In this document: positions 24,532 to 34,898 of the stretch, piece by piece
Numbering within the stretch: the first letter of the stretch is position 1
Layout: each line of letters opens with the position of its first letter
Assembly: GCA_965240325.2 (NCBI GenBank)
Contig: OZ260671.1
Location: 1-64,000 of the forward strand
Length of the DNA stretch: 64,000 nt
Source: Rebecca billardiae RCC1528
Taxonomy: Eukaryota > Protista > Haptophyta
Direction of reading: 5' to 3'
Notes under the pieces: model-generated
Told to the model about the DNA's origin: nothing
Database searches by the model: none
Seen by the model: the letters and a program-made list of their open reading frames with translations, nothing else
Translations under genes and position numbers: made by a program

Positions 24532-24636
24532 TTTTTTTCTCTTTTTTTAGATTTACAGCTTTTTATAGAGTATTTTCTATTTATGATCTCTATTATATTT
24601 GATTATACTCAGATTTTATAGATATTTCTTGTTTTT

Positions 24637-24994
24637 TGGAGCTGGTGGGATTCGAACCCACGTCTATCCAAAAAAATCTAAATGCTCATTCACAAGTTTA
24701 GCCCTTATTAAAAAGGCAGCTTTTTAATATTTTCAGTGAGAACCTTCTTTGCATAAGTAAAATTTTTCTCGGTTTACTTACGCGCAACTAAATGTTTCTA
24801 CTTTATTATTACTTTATTTAGTTTTTAGTAATAATAAGGAATAGCTTGCTATTATACAGCTACTGCCATTCGGTTAAATGATAAAATTTTGTTTGCATTT
24901 ATTTTTTCTTTATGTTTTTTTTAAGAGGTTCATAACCTTTCCTCTACTTGCATCACATTTATATTTTTATAAATATCGAAACCTAAACAGCCCC
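24637..24994 (-). ncRNA. ssrA: tmRNA (SsrA)
   Basis: 5' GGGGCTGTTTAGGTTTCGA; 3' TGGGTTCGAATCCCACCAGCTCCA with the Ala G3:U70 pair; tag ORF 24896-24852 ANKILSFNRMAVAV then TAA TAG. Confidence 0.95.
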
Positions 24995-25013
24995 TTATTT
25001 AAAACTATTCATG

Positions 25014-27641
25014 TTAAGCAAAAGATGTAGTGCACATGACTAAAAATGATACATTATGTCGAATTTTTACCGTTTGGCTAGAAAATAATCGGTAAGCTTC
25101 CTTCTGGTATTCCAGTAAAGGGTCACGCTGCCCGTATGATCGCCAACCAATACTCTCTTTTAAAAGACTCATACGTGATAAATGGTCTTGCCATACTTGA
25201 TCTATAGACTGCAGTAAGAATGAGTATTCTAAAGATTGAGCTAAGCCCACTTCTAAAGACTCTAGTTCTAATTCTTTCAGCTCATAGCTTATTCTTATTT
25301 CATCAGAAAGTAGTTTCTTTATTTCCTCTTTTGAAAGCCCTTTAATTGAATTAGGGTCAATAGCATATGGCAAACATAAAAATTTTTTGCAGAAAATATC
25401 TAAAATGCGCTTGTTAGCTTCTAAGTTCGTCGTATCTTCCAGTTGGTTTACAACATCCTCAACTGTTTTCTCAAGATATTGTAAAATCAGGCCCTTGAAA
25501 TCAGAAAGATTTAAAAATCGGTTACGTTCATCGTATATTACCTTTCGCTGGTTGTTTAGAACATTATCGTAATTAAATAGCCTCTTTCGGGTCTCAAAAT
25601 GCATGTTTTCTATTTTCTTCTGTGCTGATTCTAAGCTTGAGTTTATTAATCGGCCTTCAACAGGTATATCATCATCTAAATTTAATTGATTAATCATATT
25701 TTTTAAACTCTCACCACCAAAAACTTGCAGTAAGTTATCCTCAAAACTCAAAAAGAATTTTGACGACCCTGGGTCCCCTTGTCGCCCTGCTCGTCCTCGC
25801 AATTGGTTATCAATACGGCGTGATTCATGTCGCTCTGTGCCAATTATATGTAAGCCTCCTAGCTGGATAACTTCACGTTTTTCTTTTTCACATTCAAGCG
25901 TATAAATATCTTTTAGCGCAATATAAAGCTCTTTAATTTTCTTTTCTATTTTATTACTTTCGTTAATTATTGCATCCGACCCTTCGATGATTTCTTCCAA
26001 CTCCTTTTCGTCGTAGGCTTCCTGTCCCAGCGTTTCTTTTAGTTGCGTAATTAGGTTATCAATGTTCTTACTATTTTCGCTTTTAACGTCAGAGTTTTTT
26101 AATAAAGAACTTATTATTTCTCTAATTTCACCTTTCGCTAAGAAGTTTGGGTTTCCTCCTAAAAGAATATCTGTTCCACGCCCAGCCATATTTGTAGCTA
26201 TAGTTATAGCGTTTTTACGCCCAGCTTGCGCTACGATTTCTGACTCTCGAGCAGCATTCTCAGGCTTCGCGTTAAGTAAGTTGTGTTTAATATCGTATTC
26301 TTTTAATAGTTCCGCTAGAATTTCCGAGTTTTCGACACTACTAGTTCCTACTAAAATGGGCCTACCCGTTGAGTGAATTTGTAGGCATTCATTTAATACT
26401 GCTTTCCACTTTGCGTATAAAGATTTATACACAACATCTTGCCCATCAACCCTATTTACTTTTTTATTTGTTGGTACTGTATTTACTGATAAATTATAGA
26501 TCTTCTTGAATTCTTTCTCTTCAGTTAATGCAGTCCCCGTCATTCCAGCTAGTTTGCCGTACAGTAAAAAAAAGTTTTGATATGTTATTGAAGCAAGTGA
26601 AATAGTTTCGTTATCGATAGGTACCCCTTCTTTCGCCTCTATAGCTTGGTGTAAACCTTCGCTCCATCGGCGGCCGCTTAAAACACGTCCTGTAAATTCA
26701 TCAATAATTAAGATTTGCTTATTCCTTACTAAGTAGTCTTTATCACGAACAAAGAACTCTTTTGCTTTTATCGCATTTAATATATACATTGCCCATGGAC
26801 GTTCGAAACGGTACAATGTAGAAACCCCTAAAATCTGCTCCGCAAATTTTGTCCCATCTTCCGTTAAATAGATATTTCTATTCTTTTTATCGATTTCGTA
26901 ATGCAGGTCTTTCGTTAAAATTTTTGCTAAGTTATTTGCTTTTAAGTACTTTGATTCTGTAGTTTTGAATGATTGTGAAATTATCAAAGGTGTTCGAGCT
27001 TCATCAATTAAAACAGAATCAACTTCATCAACAATTGCATAAGAAAAAGGTCTTTGTACTTTGTCTTCACGTGCTGTTACCATATTATCACGTAAGTAAT
27101 CAAAGCCTAATTCACTATTTGTGGAGTATACGACATCACTATTGTAGTTCCTTTGACGTTCTTCTTTACCCATACTTTCAGTTATTAAACCAACCTTTAA
27201 ATCTAAAAATCTAAGGACTTGGCCTACTGATAAGCTATCACGTTTGGCTAAATATTCGTTAACAGTAACAATGTGAACTCCGTTACCCGTTAAGGCATTT
27301 AAATAAGCTGGTAAAATAGCGACCAGTGTTTTTCCTTCACCAGTTTTCATTTCCGCTATTTTACCGTCATGTAAGATACACCCCCCAATTAATTGCACAT
27401 CATAGTGCCTAAGACCTAAAACCCGCTTTGATGCTTCGCGTACCACAGCAAAGGCTTCCTCTAAAACAGAATCTACATTTTTTGTATCAGCTATCTTTTT
27501 TTTGAAATAAGCTGTTTTCTCTTTTAGCTCTTTATCACTTAACTCTTTTGTCAAGTTTTCGAGAGAATTTACCCTCTTTACCACTTGTTGGTATTTGTTT
27601 AAGTCTCTTTGAGATGATGTAGAAAGAATATTTTCTAACAT
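25014..27641 (-). CDS. secA: Preprotein translocase ATPase SecA
   Basis: MKTGEGKT, DEVDSVLIDEARTPL, ATNMAGRGTDI, RGRAGRQGDPG. Confidence 0.98.
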   Translation of the reverse strand: MLENILSTSSQRDLNKYQQVVKRVNSLENLTKELSDKELKEKTAYFKKKIADTKNVDSVLEEAFAVVREASKRVLGLRHYDVQLIGGCILHDGKIAEMKTGEGKTLVAILPAYLNALTGNGVHIVTVNEYLAKRDSLSVGQVLRFLDLKVGLITESMGKEERQRNYNSDVVYSTNSELGFDYLRDNMVTAREDKVQRPFSYAIVDEVDSVLIDEARTPLIISQSFKTTESKYLKANNLAKILTKDLHYEIDKKNRNIYLTEDGTKFAEQILGVSTLYRFERPWAMYILNAIKAKEFFVRDKDYLVRNKQILIIDEFTGRVLSGRRWSEGLHQAIEAKEGVPIDNETISLASITYQNFFLLYGKLAGMTGTALTEEKEFKKIYNLSVNTVPTNKKVNRVDGQDVVYKSLYAKWKAVLNECLQIHSTGRPILVGTSSVENSEILAELLKEYDIKHNLLNAKPENAARESEIVAQAGRKNAITIATNMAGRGTDILLGGNPNFLAKGEIREIISSLLKNSDVKSENSKNIDNLITQLKETLGQEAYDEKELEEIIEGSDAIINESNKIEKKIKELYIALKDIYTLECEKEKREVIQLGGLHIIGTERHESRRIDNQLRGRAGRQGDPGSSKFFLSFEDNLLQVFGGESLKNMINQLNLDDDIPVEGRLINSSLESAQKKIENMHFETRKRLFNYDNVLNNQRKVIYDERNRFLNLSDFKGLILQYLEKTVEDVVNQLEDTTNLEANKRILDIFCKKFLCLPYAIDPNSIKGLSKEEIKKLLSDEIRISYELKELELESLEVGLAQSLEYSFLLQSIDQVWQDHLSRMSLLKESIGWRSYGQRDPLLEYQKEAYRLFSSQTVKIRHNVSFLVMCTTSFA

Positions 27642-27696
27642 ACTTTTTTTATTATTATTTTCTTGCGTTTCGGCTTAATTAATCTTTTTCAGTCTT

Positions 27697-28029
27697 CTAG
27701 TTATTAAGTAATGCCGACGCATCCCCCAATAGAATTAATTGAGATAACATTTTTCGATTAAGCCCAATTTTTGACGATTTTAGTTCCATCATTAACTTAC
27801 TGTAAGATGTTTGGCGCTGGTTTGCAAAAGCTTTTATGCGTGCAATCCAAATTTGTCTAAATATTCGCTTTCTGTTCTTACGTCCTTTGTAAGCATGCAT
27901 CCATGCTTTTAATACTCGTGCATTCGCACTACGGAAAAGTCTATTAGAAGATCCGCGGAATCCACTAGCTACTTTTAATATCTTCTTTCTTCTTAGGCGT
28001 GCTACATTACCACGTTTTACTCTACTCAT
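27697..28029 (-). CDS. rpl20: 50S ribosomal protein L20
   Basis: [25 protein letters not shown]. Confidence 0.96.
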   Translation of the reverse strand: MSRVKRGNVARLRRKKILKVASGFRGSSNRLFRSANARVLKAWMHAYKGRKNRKRIFRQIWIARIKAFANQRQTSYSKLMMELKSSKIGLNRKMLSQLILLGDASALLNN

Positions 28030-28151
28030 AAAAATCTTTTTTTTTTACGTTTTTACTATATTACTCTAAAAATATAAATCTACGAAAATTTTATTTACTT
28101 ATTTTATTATTTTTCTGGTTTAAAAATAAATAGTTAAAGTTAAAAATTTAC

Positions 28152-29096
28152 TTACACTTTATCCAATAATTCTAATTCACGTTGCTGAGGATATAAAATT
28201 TCATTCATAAAAACCTCAGTTGCTTTTGAACGGTAACGTTCATTATTTACAATTATGGATAAATTACGTTTAATAATCAAATCCTTAATTTTTACTTGCT
28301 TTAGTGTATCTAATTTCAATTCCTTTTTTATAGCAGAAATAGAAACGAAAGCAGCCCCTAAACCTGACTCAACAGCATTTTTTATAGCCTCTATAGAGCT
28401 AAGCTCCATTTCGATTGTTAACTTTGTCGAGTCTATCATGTGCTTCTCTAAAATATTATTTAATACGCGCCTATAACTAGAATCCTTTGCTAATGTAAGG
28501 AATTTTAACTTATATAATTCTTTTTGAGTCAATAAATCTTTACTAGCCAACGGGTGTGATTTAGGAAGGATCAAAGCTAGCTCATCTCCAGCAAATGTTT
28601 GAACATTTAAAAATTTCTCTAGCTCTGGAGGTATTTCACCTCCCGTAATTGCCAAATCTAGTGACCCTTGCGCCACTTCCCTAGCAGCTTTTCGGGTAGA
28701 ATGTACCTCTAATTTAACAGAAACCTTAGGATACTTTTCACGAAATTTACCAATTAAAGTAGGCATTAAATATGTGCCAATCGTTTGGCTTGCTCCTATT
28801 GTCAAGTTTCCCACTTTTAAATTTTCTAAATCTTTAATTGATTTGTAACTTTCTTCACATACTGATAAAATCTTAATAGCATATTCAGAGAGAAGTTTTC
28901 CAGCATCTGTTAATTGTGCTTTTCGAGTATGGCGGTAAAATAAAGTAGTATTTAAGCTACGTTCAAGATTTTGGATCTGAAAACTTACTGCAGGCTGAGA
29001 TATATATAAACTTTCAGCTGCTTTCTTAAAGCTCTTCTCTTGAACTATTGCTTTTAGTATTCGTAATTGATCTAACGTAAAAGGTATATCTGCCAT
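28152..29096 (-). CDS. rbcR: LysR-type Rubisco regulator RbcR (ycf30)
   Basis: [40 protein letters not shown]. Confidence 0.96.
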   Translation of the reverse strand: MADIPFTLDQLRILKAIVQEKSFKKAAESLYISQPAVSFQIQNLERSLNTTLFYRHTRKAQLTDAGKLLSEYAIKILSVCEESYKSIKDLENLKVGNLTIGASQTIGTYLMPTLIGKFREKYPKVSVKLEVHSTRKAAREVAQGSLDLAITGGEIPPELEKFLNVQTFAGDELALILPKSHPLASKDLLTQKELYKLKFLTLAKDSSYRRVLNNILEKHMIDSTKLTIEMELSSIEAIKNAVESGLGAAFVSISAIKKELKLDTLKQVKIKDLIIKRNLSIIVNNERYRSKATEVFMNEILYPQQRELELLDKV

Positions 29097-29198
29097 TTTT
29101 TTTCGTATTTAGTTAATTTTGTTCTCTTTTTATAGGTTTTTATTGACTGATACGTTGTATAATATTAAAGAGATTAATTTAATAAAGGGTTACGATTA

Positions 29199-29318
29199 AT
29201 GGATTCAAGAATATTTATCGTTTTTTCTCCACTAGCAATTGCAGCAGGTTGGGCACTGTTTAATATTGGACGTGCAGCTATCCAACAAATCCGTCGTTTA
29301 AATAAGACTGCTTCTTAA
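29199..29318 (+). CDS. psbY: Photosystem II protein Y
   Basis: Manual translation [39 protein letters not shown]. Confidence 0.95.
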   Translation: MDSRIFIVFSPLAIAAGWALFNIGRAAIQQIRRLNKTAS

Positions 29319-29376
29319 TTTAAATTTTTGGAATAATTCAATTAATTTAAGGTTTTAACCTTAGTTTTTTGTAATT

Positions 29377-29423
29377 TAATTGAGTACATATCACGAATTT
29401 TATTCGAATAATGTACTCAATTA
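29377..29423. terminator. Stem-loop 3' of psbY
   Basis: TAATTGAGTACAT...ATGTACTCAATTA 13-bp stem with inner CGAAT/ATTCG. Confidence 0.65.
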
Positions 29424-29631
29424 TAACTAATTAAACATTAACAATTCTTATCTACTGCTTATACTACTTTTTAATATTTTATTATATCGGCTGGATTTCA
29501 TAAGACCTTACCCTTTTATATCATTACCCACCTCCATAAAAAAAAAATAAATTACTACTTTAGGCCCTTAACAGATTCTTTTTAAAACATATTTTTCATC
29601 TCCTAATATTAGTTAAAGCCCTGAAATCCTT

Positions 29632-32600
29632 ATGCAAAGACTCAAACTAAAGACTACATGCTCTTATATGCCAGACCTTGTTCAGATCCAAAGAGATAGT
29701 TTCTTTCGCTTTCTGAAATATGGGCTTATAGAAGAGTTAAATGCTTTTTCCCCAATTGTTGATTATACAGGCCGCCTAGAATTCCATATTTTAACAAAGA
29801 ACATTAGATTCCGTGCCCCTAAACATACAGTTTCAAGCGCAAAAAAAGCCGAGCAAACTTACTCAACACAAATTTATATTCCAATAAAGATAATAGACCG
29901 TAGCCAACAAAAAGAATACTTCGAAGAGGTTTTTATTGCCGATTTTCCTCTAATGACAGATCGCGGTACCTTTATTATTAATGGTATTGAGCGTATTATC
30001 GTTAATCAGATTATTCGTAGCCCTGGTATTTTTTATAAAGTCGATAAAGATAAACTAGAACGCCAAACCTATAATCTAACTTTTATCCCTTACCGCGGTT
30101 CATGGTTGCGTATTGAACTAGATAAAAATAATTTAGTTTGGGTACGTATTGATAAGACAAAACGTATCTCAGCTTATTTATTCTTAAAGGCATTAGGTCT
30201 TACGAATAAAAAAATCCTAGAAAATTTAAAAAACCCATCCTTCTTCCTTAGAACGATACAAGATCTAGAAAATAAAGAAAATATTAACCCTTTTATTTCA
30301 AAAGATGAAGCTATTGTTCATTTATACAATAAGCTCCGTCAGGGTGAGCCGGCAACCTTAAATGTTGCAACAAAATTTTTATATTCGAAATTCTTTGATC
30401 CAAAACGATATGACATAGGTACTCTTGGCCGACGTAATATTAATAAAAAATTAGGTTTAAATATCCCTGAGACCGTTACAACTTTAACGCCTCAAGATTT
30501 TCTTTCTGCCGTTGATTACTTAATAAACCTTGAATTCGGTACTGGTTCGGTTGATGATATCGATGATCTTTCGAATCGACGTGTTCGTTCTGTTGGTGAA
30601 CTCTTACGTAACCAAATTCGAGTAGGTATGGGTCGTTTAGAGCGCGTTCTTAAAGAACGTATGGTTTCAAACTTTAAATACTCGAAAAGCGGCCGTATCT
30701 TTAATCCTAAACCTATAATGGCGGCCGTTAAAGAATTCTTTTGTTTGAGTTCACTTTCTCAATTTATGGATCAGACTAACCCTTTATCCGAGTTGACTCA
30801 TAAGCGCCGAATAAGTTCTATAGGGCCTGGCGGTATTAGCCGCGAGCATTCCGGGTTTGGCGTTCGCGATATTCACCCGAGTCACTATGGGCGTATTTGT
30901 CCCGTTGAAACACCCGAAGGACAAAATGCCGGCCTTGTTAGTTCCTTATCTACTTATGCTCGCGTTGATGATTACGGTATTCTAGAAACCCCTTATTACC
31001 AAATTAAACAAGGGAAAATCGTTGATACTAACGAATTTTCATATTTATCATCCGATAAAGAAGAAAACTTAGTTTTAGCCGCCGGCGATACTAGAGTTAA
31101 CAAAGCTGGTTTTATTGAAAGTGAAGACCTTCCGGTACGTTATCAACGTGAGTTTTTAACGGTATCTCCTACTAAAGTTGACTATTTAGCTGTTTCTCCG
31201 ATTCAGATATTCTCGATTGCATCTTCTCTAATCCCCTTCTTAGAACATGATGATGCAAACCGAGCGCTTATGGGTTCGAATATGCAACGCCAAGCTGTTC
31301 CTTTACTTTACCCTGAAAGACCTTTAGTTGGTACTGGATTAGAATCTCATATTACGCGTGATTCTAGTATGGTTGTTGTTAATGAACAGCCAGGTATTGT
31401 AAAGTATGTCGCCTCGGATAAGATCGTTGTTCGTTCTAAAACCGTTGAAACCATATACAGCTTAGAAAAATATAAAAAATCTAACCAAGAAACTTGTATT
31501 ACACAGAAGCCTATTGTTTGGACTGGGGAACGAGTTGAACGCGGCCAAATTATTAGTGAAGGTACTGCTTCTTGTGGAGGAGAGCTGGCACTTGGAAAGA
31601 ATATTCTCCTTGCTTATATGCCATGGGAAGGTTATAACTATGAAGATGCGTTCATGGTTAGCGAACGCCTTGTTTTAGATGATATATATACCTCTTTACA
31701 TATTGAGAAATTTGAAGTAGAAGTCCGACAGACAAAAGCTGGCGTTGAAGAATTAACTAAAAACATTGCTGGTATGTCCGAGCGTAATACAAAAGTTCTT
31801 GATGAAAATGGTATTGTCCGTTTAGGTTCTTTTGTTGACTCTGGTGATATTCTAGTCGGTAAATTAACACCTAAAGAAGAAGAAGACCAATCACCTGAAG
31901 GTAAACTACTTCGTGCTATTTTTGGTGAACGTGAAAGAAATGTACGTGATACCTCTTTAAAGGTTCCTAATGGTGTAAAAGGAAGAATACTAGATATTCG
32001 TATTTTATCGCGTGAAAATGGTGATGACTTACCGCCAGGAATAAATCAAGTTATCCGTATTTTCTTAGTAAAAATAAGAAAAATTCGCGTTGGTGATAAA
32101 ATGGCCGGACGCCACGGTAATAAAGGTATTATTTCATGTATTTTACCTGCTGTAGACATGCCATTTTTACCAGATGGTACTCCTATTGATGTCGTCTTAA
32201 ATCCGTTAGGTATTCCTTCACGTATGAATGTAGGCCAACTTTTTGAATGTCTATTAGGTCTAGCTGCCGAGCACCTTAATAAGTTCTACCGCATTATGCC
32301 TTTTGATGAAATGCATTCACCAGAGGCTTCACGAATTTTAGTTAACAAAAAATTACAAGAAGCGGCCCTAGTTAGTGGCCAACAGTGGATCTTCAATTCT
32401 AAACATCCTGGAAAACATAGACTGATAGATGGTCGTACTGGTACCTATTTTGATAACCCAATCACTGTAGGTCGTAGTTATATGTTAAAGTTAATCCATT
32501 TAGTTGACGATAAGCTACATGCACGTTCTACAGGTCCTTATTCACTAGTAACACAGCAACCGTTAGGTGGAAAAGCTCAGCATGGTGGTCAAAGGCTAGG

Positions 32601-32970
32601 TGAGATGGAAGTTTGGGCGTTAGAAGCTTTTGGAGCTGCTTACACCCTTCAAGAACTTTTAACTGTTAAGTCAGACGATATGGATGGTCGTAATGAAATG
32701 TTAAATGCTATTGTGAAAGGTCGTGATATACCAAAACCAGGTATTCCTGAATCATTTAAAGTTTTATTACGCGAGCTTCAATCACTAAGTCTAGATATTT
32801 CCGCTTATAAGGTTGTTTCTGACGGCAACCAAAATTTCGAAGCTACAGAAGTCGATTTAATCTCTCCAATAAGACACGAATCTAATGCTTCGAGCCCTTA
32901 CTTTAATAGTAAGTTGAATACATTCTCGATGCCTTCCGACTCTTTTCCAGAAAAAGTCAATGAGTCTTAA
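29632..32970 (+). CDS. rpoB: RNA polymerase beta
   Basis: GTFIINGIER, ETPEGQN, GSNMQRQA, GDKMAGRHGNKG, GGQRLGEME. Confidence 0.99.
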   Translation: MQRLKLKTTCSYMPDLVQIQRDSFFRFLKYGLIEELNAFSPIVDYTGRLEFHILTKNIRFRAPKHTVSSAKKAEQTYSTQIYIPIKIIDRSQQKEYFEEVFIADFPLMTDRGTFIINGIERIIVNQIIRSPGIFYKVDKDKLERQTYNLTFIPYRGSWLRIELDKNNLVWVRIDKTKRISAYLFLKALGLTNKKILENLKNPSFFLRTIQDLENKENINPFISKDEAIVHLYNKLRQGEPATLNVATKFLYSKFFDPKRYDIGTLGRRNINKKLGLNIPETVTTLTPQDFLSAVDYLINLEFGTGSVDDIDDLSNRRVRSVGELLRNQIRVGMGRLERVLKERMVSNFKYSKSGRIFNPKPIMAAVKEFFCLSSLSQFMDQTNPLSELTHKRRISSIGPGGISREHSGFGVRDIHPSHYGRICPVETPEGQNAGLVSSLSTYARVDDYGILETPYYQIKQGKIVDTNEFSYLSSDKEENLVLAAGDTRVNKAGFIESEDLPVRYQREFLTVSPTKVDYLAVSPIQIFSIASSLIPFLEHDDANRALMGSNMQRQAVPLLYPERPLVGTGLESHITRDSSMVVVNEQPGIVKYVASDKIVVRSKTVETIYSLEKYKKSNQETCITQKPIVWTGERVERGQIISEGTASCGGELALGKNILLAYMPWEGYNYEDAFMVSERLVLDDIYTSLHIEKFEVEVRQTKAGVEELTKNIAGMSERNTKVLDENGIVRLGSFVDSGDILVGKLTPKEEEDQSPEGKLLRAIFGERERNVRDTSLKVPNGVKGRILDIRILSRENGDDLPPGINQVIRIFLVKIRKIRVGDKMAGRHGNKGIISCILPAVDMPFLPDGTPIDVVLNPLGIPSRMNVGQLFECLLGLAAEHLNKFYRIMPFDEMHSPEASRILVNKKLQEAALVSGQQWIFNSKHPGKHRLIDGRTGTYFDNPITVGRSYMLKLIHLVDDKLHARSTGPYSLVTQQPLGGKAQHGGQRLGEMEVWALEAFGAAYTLQELLTVKSDDMDGRNEMLNAIVKGRDIPKPGIPESFKVLLRELQSLSLDISAYKVVSDGNQNFEATEVDLISPIRHESNASSPYFNSKLNTFSMPSDSFPEKVNES

Positions 32971-33004
32971 ATGTACTATTTAAATATAATTTCATCTTTT
33001 TGAA

Positions 33005-34870
33005 ATGGTTAAATCAGAACAGTATTTTGATTATATAAAGATAAAAATAGCTTCGCCTGAACGTATTAGAAGCTGGGGCCAACGTAAGTTACCTAACGGG
33101 TCAGTTGTTGGAGAGGTTACAAAACCAGAAACAATAAACTATCGAACCCTTAAGCCTGAAATGGGTGGTTTGTTTTGTGAGCGCGTTTTTGGCCCTATTA
33201 AAGATTGGGAATGTCACTGTGGTAAGTACCGTCGTGTTCGAGATAAAGGTACAATATGTGAACGTTGTGGTGTCGAAGTGACCGAATCTCGTGTCCGCAG
33301 ACAACGTATGGGTTATATTAATCTTTCAGCACCGGTTACGCACATATGGTACTTAAAAGGTACACCTAGTATTATCTCCCACCTTTTAGGGATGCCACTA
33401 AAAAAGGTAGAGGAAATTGTTTACTTTGTCTCGTATGTGATCATTGAACCTGACAATTTTCCAGGCTTATCTTATAAACAACTCTTAAATGAGAATGAGT
33501 GGATTGCATTAGAAGATAAACTTTTTCAGCAAGAGCAACGTTTTAATGTCTTCTGTCAAATAGGTGCTGAGGCGATACTTTTACTACTGAAAGATCTTGA
33601 CCCTAAAGATATGATAGCTCGTTTAAGAACGAATATATTACTAGTAAATGATAAAGGTAAACGAGAAAAATGGATCAAACGTTTGAGAATTCTCGAAAAC
33701 TTTGTCCATACAAATTCAGACCCCTCATGGGTTGTTTTAGATGTTCTTCCAGTTATACCCCCTGACTTAAGACCTATGGTGCAACTGGACAGTGGTAGAT
33801 TCGCTACCTCGGATTTAAATGATCTTTACCGACGAATTATTAATCGTAATAATCGTCTCGAGCGCTTAAAAGAAATTCTGGCACCGGAAATTATAACCCG
33901 TAATGAAAAACGCATGCTGCAAGAGGCAGTTGATGCATTAATAGATAACGGAAAACGTGGGCGTACGGTTCTAGGTGTTAATAACAGGCCTTTAAAGTCC
34001 TTATCTGACATTATCGGTGGAAAGCAAGGCCGATTTAGACAAAACTTACTTGGTAAGCGAGTTGACTATTCAGGGCGTTCTGTTATTGTTGTTGAGCCTC
34101 AACTTTCACTGAACCAATGTGGGCTACCTAAAGAAATGGCACTAGAATTATTTCAGCCTTTTGTAATTCACCGTTTAATTCATGAAGGCCTTGTTAATAA
34201 CATTAAGGCTGCGAAAAAGATGATTAAAAACAAGAATTCTATTGTTTGGAGTGTTCTTGATGAAGTTATCGAAAACCACCCGATACTACTTAACCGCGCA
34301 CCTACATTACATAGGTTAGGTATTCAAGCTTTTGAACCCGTTTTAGTCGAAGGCCGAGCAATTAAGCTTCATCCAATGGTCTGCCCGGCGTTTAATGCAG
34401 ATTTTGATGGTGACCAAATGGCGGTCCATATTCCTTTAACATTGGAGGCCCAAGCGGAAGCACGCTTTTTAATGCTCGCTCCAAGAAATTTCCTGTCGCC
34501 AGCGACAGGGGACCCCATTGTTTTACCTACCCAAGATATGGTATTAGGGTGCTATTATTTAACATTGATGAGCCCAAATACACCTCTTAATAAAGATAAA
34601 TACTTTTCTTCCCTTGAAGATGCTAAAGTTGCTTTTGAACACGGTTTAATTGAATTACAAACACCCATTTGGGTACGTTATGAAGGTTTCGTAAATGATG
34701 AAGATACAAAAGCTTTGAAAACGTTTAAATATAAAGACGGTAGTTTCACTAAAGTTTTTCAAAATAAATATTTAAAACAAGACGTTGAAGGTAATCTCAT
34801 CAGCCAATACATGCGAACTACTGTAGGTAGGGTTCTTTTTAACCAAGTTTTAGATGGAGTAGTACAGTAA
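33005..34870 (+). CDS. rpoC1: RNA polymerase beta' (N-terminal part)
   Basis: Zn finger CHCGK..CERC, catalytic NADFDGD. Confidence 0.99.
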   Translation: MVKSEQYFDYIKIKIASPERIRSWGQRKLPNGSVVGEVTKPETINYRTLKPEMGGLFCERVFGPIKDWECHCGKYRRVRDKGTICERCGVEVTESRVRRQRMGYINLSAPVTHIWYLKGTPSIISHLLGMPLKKVEEIVYFVSYVIIEPDNFPGLSYKQLLNENEWIALEDKLFQQEQRFNVFCQIGAEAILLLLKDLDPKDMIARLRTNILLVNDKGKREKWIKRLRILENFVHTNSDPSWVVLDVLPVIPPDLRPMVQLDSGRFATSDLNDLYRRIINRNNRLERLKEILAPEIITRNEKRMLQEAVDALIDNGKRGRTVLGVNNRPLKSLSDIIGGKQGRFRQNLLGKRVDYSGRSVIVVEPQLSLNQCGLPKEMALELFQPFVIHRLIHEGLVNNIKAAKKMIKNKNSIVWSVLDEVIENHPILLNRAPTLHRLGIQAFEPVLVEGRAIKLHPMVCPAFNADFDGDQMAVHIPLTLEAQAEARFLMLAPRNFLSPATGDPIVLPTQDMVLGCYYLTLMSPNTPLNKDKYFSSLEDAKVAFEHGLIELQTPIWVRYEGFVNDEDTKALKTFKYKDGSFTKVFQNKYLKQDVEGNLISQYMRTTVGRVLFNQVLDGVVQ

Positions 34871-34898
34871 AAATATTGTCATAAGTTTAATTCAAAAT

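Noticed and set aside
29486-29505. AAATCCAGCCG on the minus strand resembling the T-arm 3' side of the CAU tRNA at 54965
   Set aside because: There is no GGTTC partner and no acceptor stem; an 11-nt match is compatible with chance.
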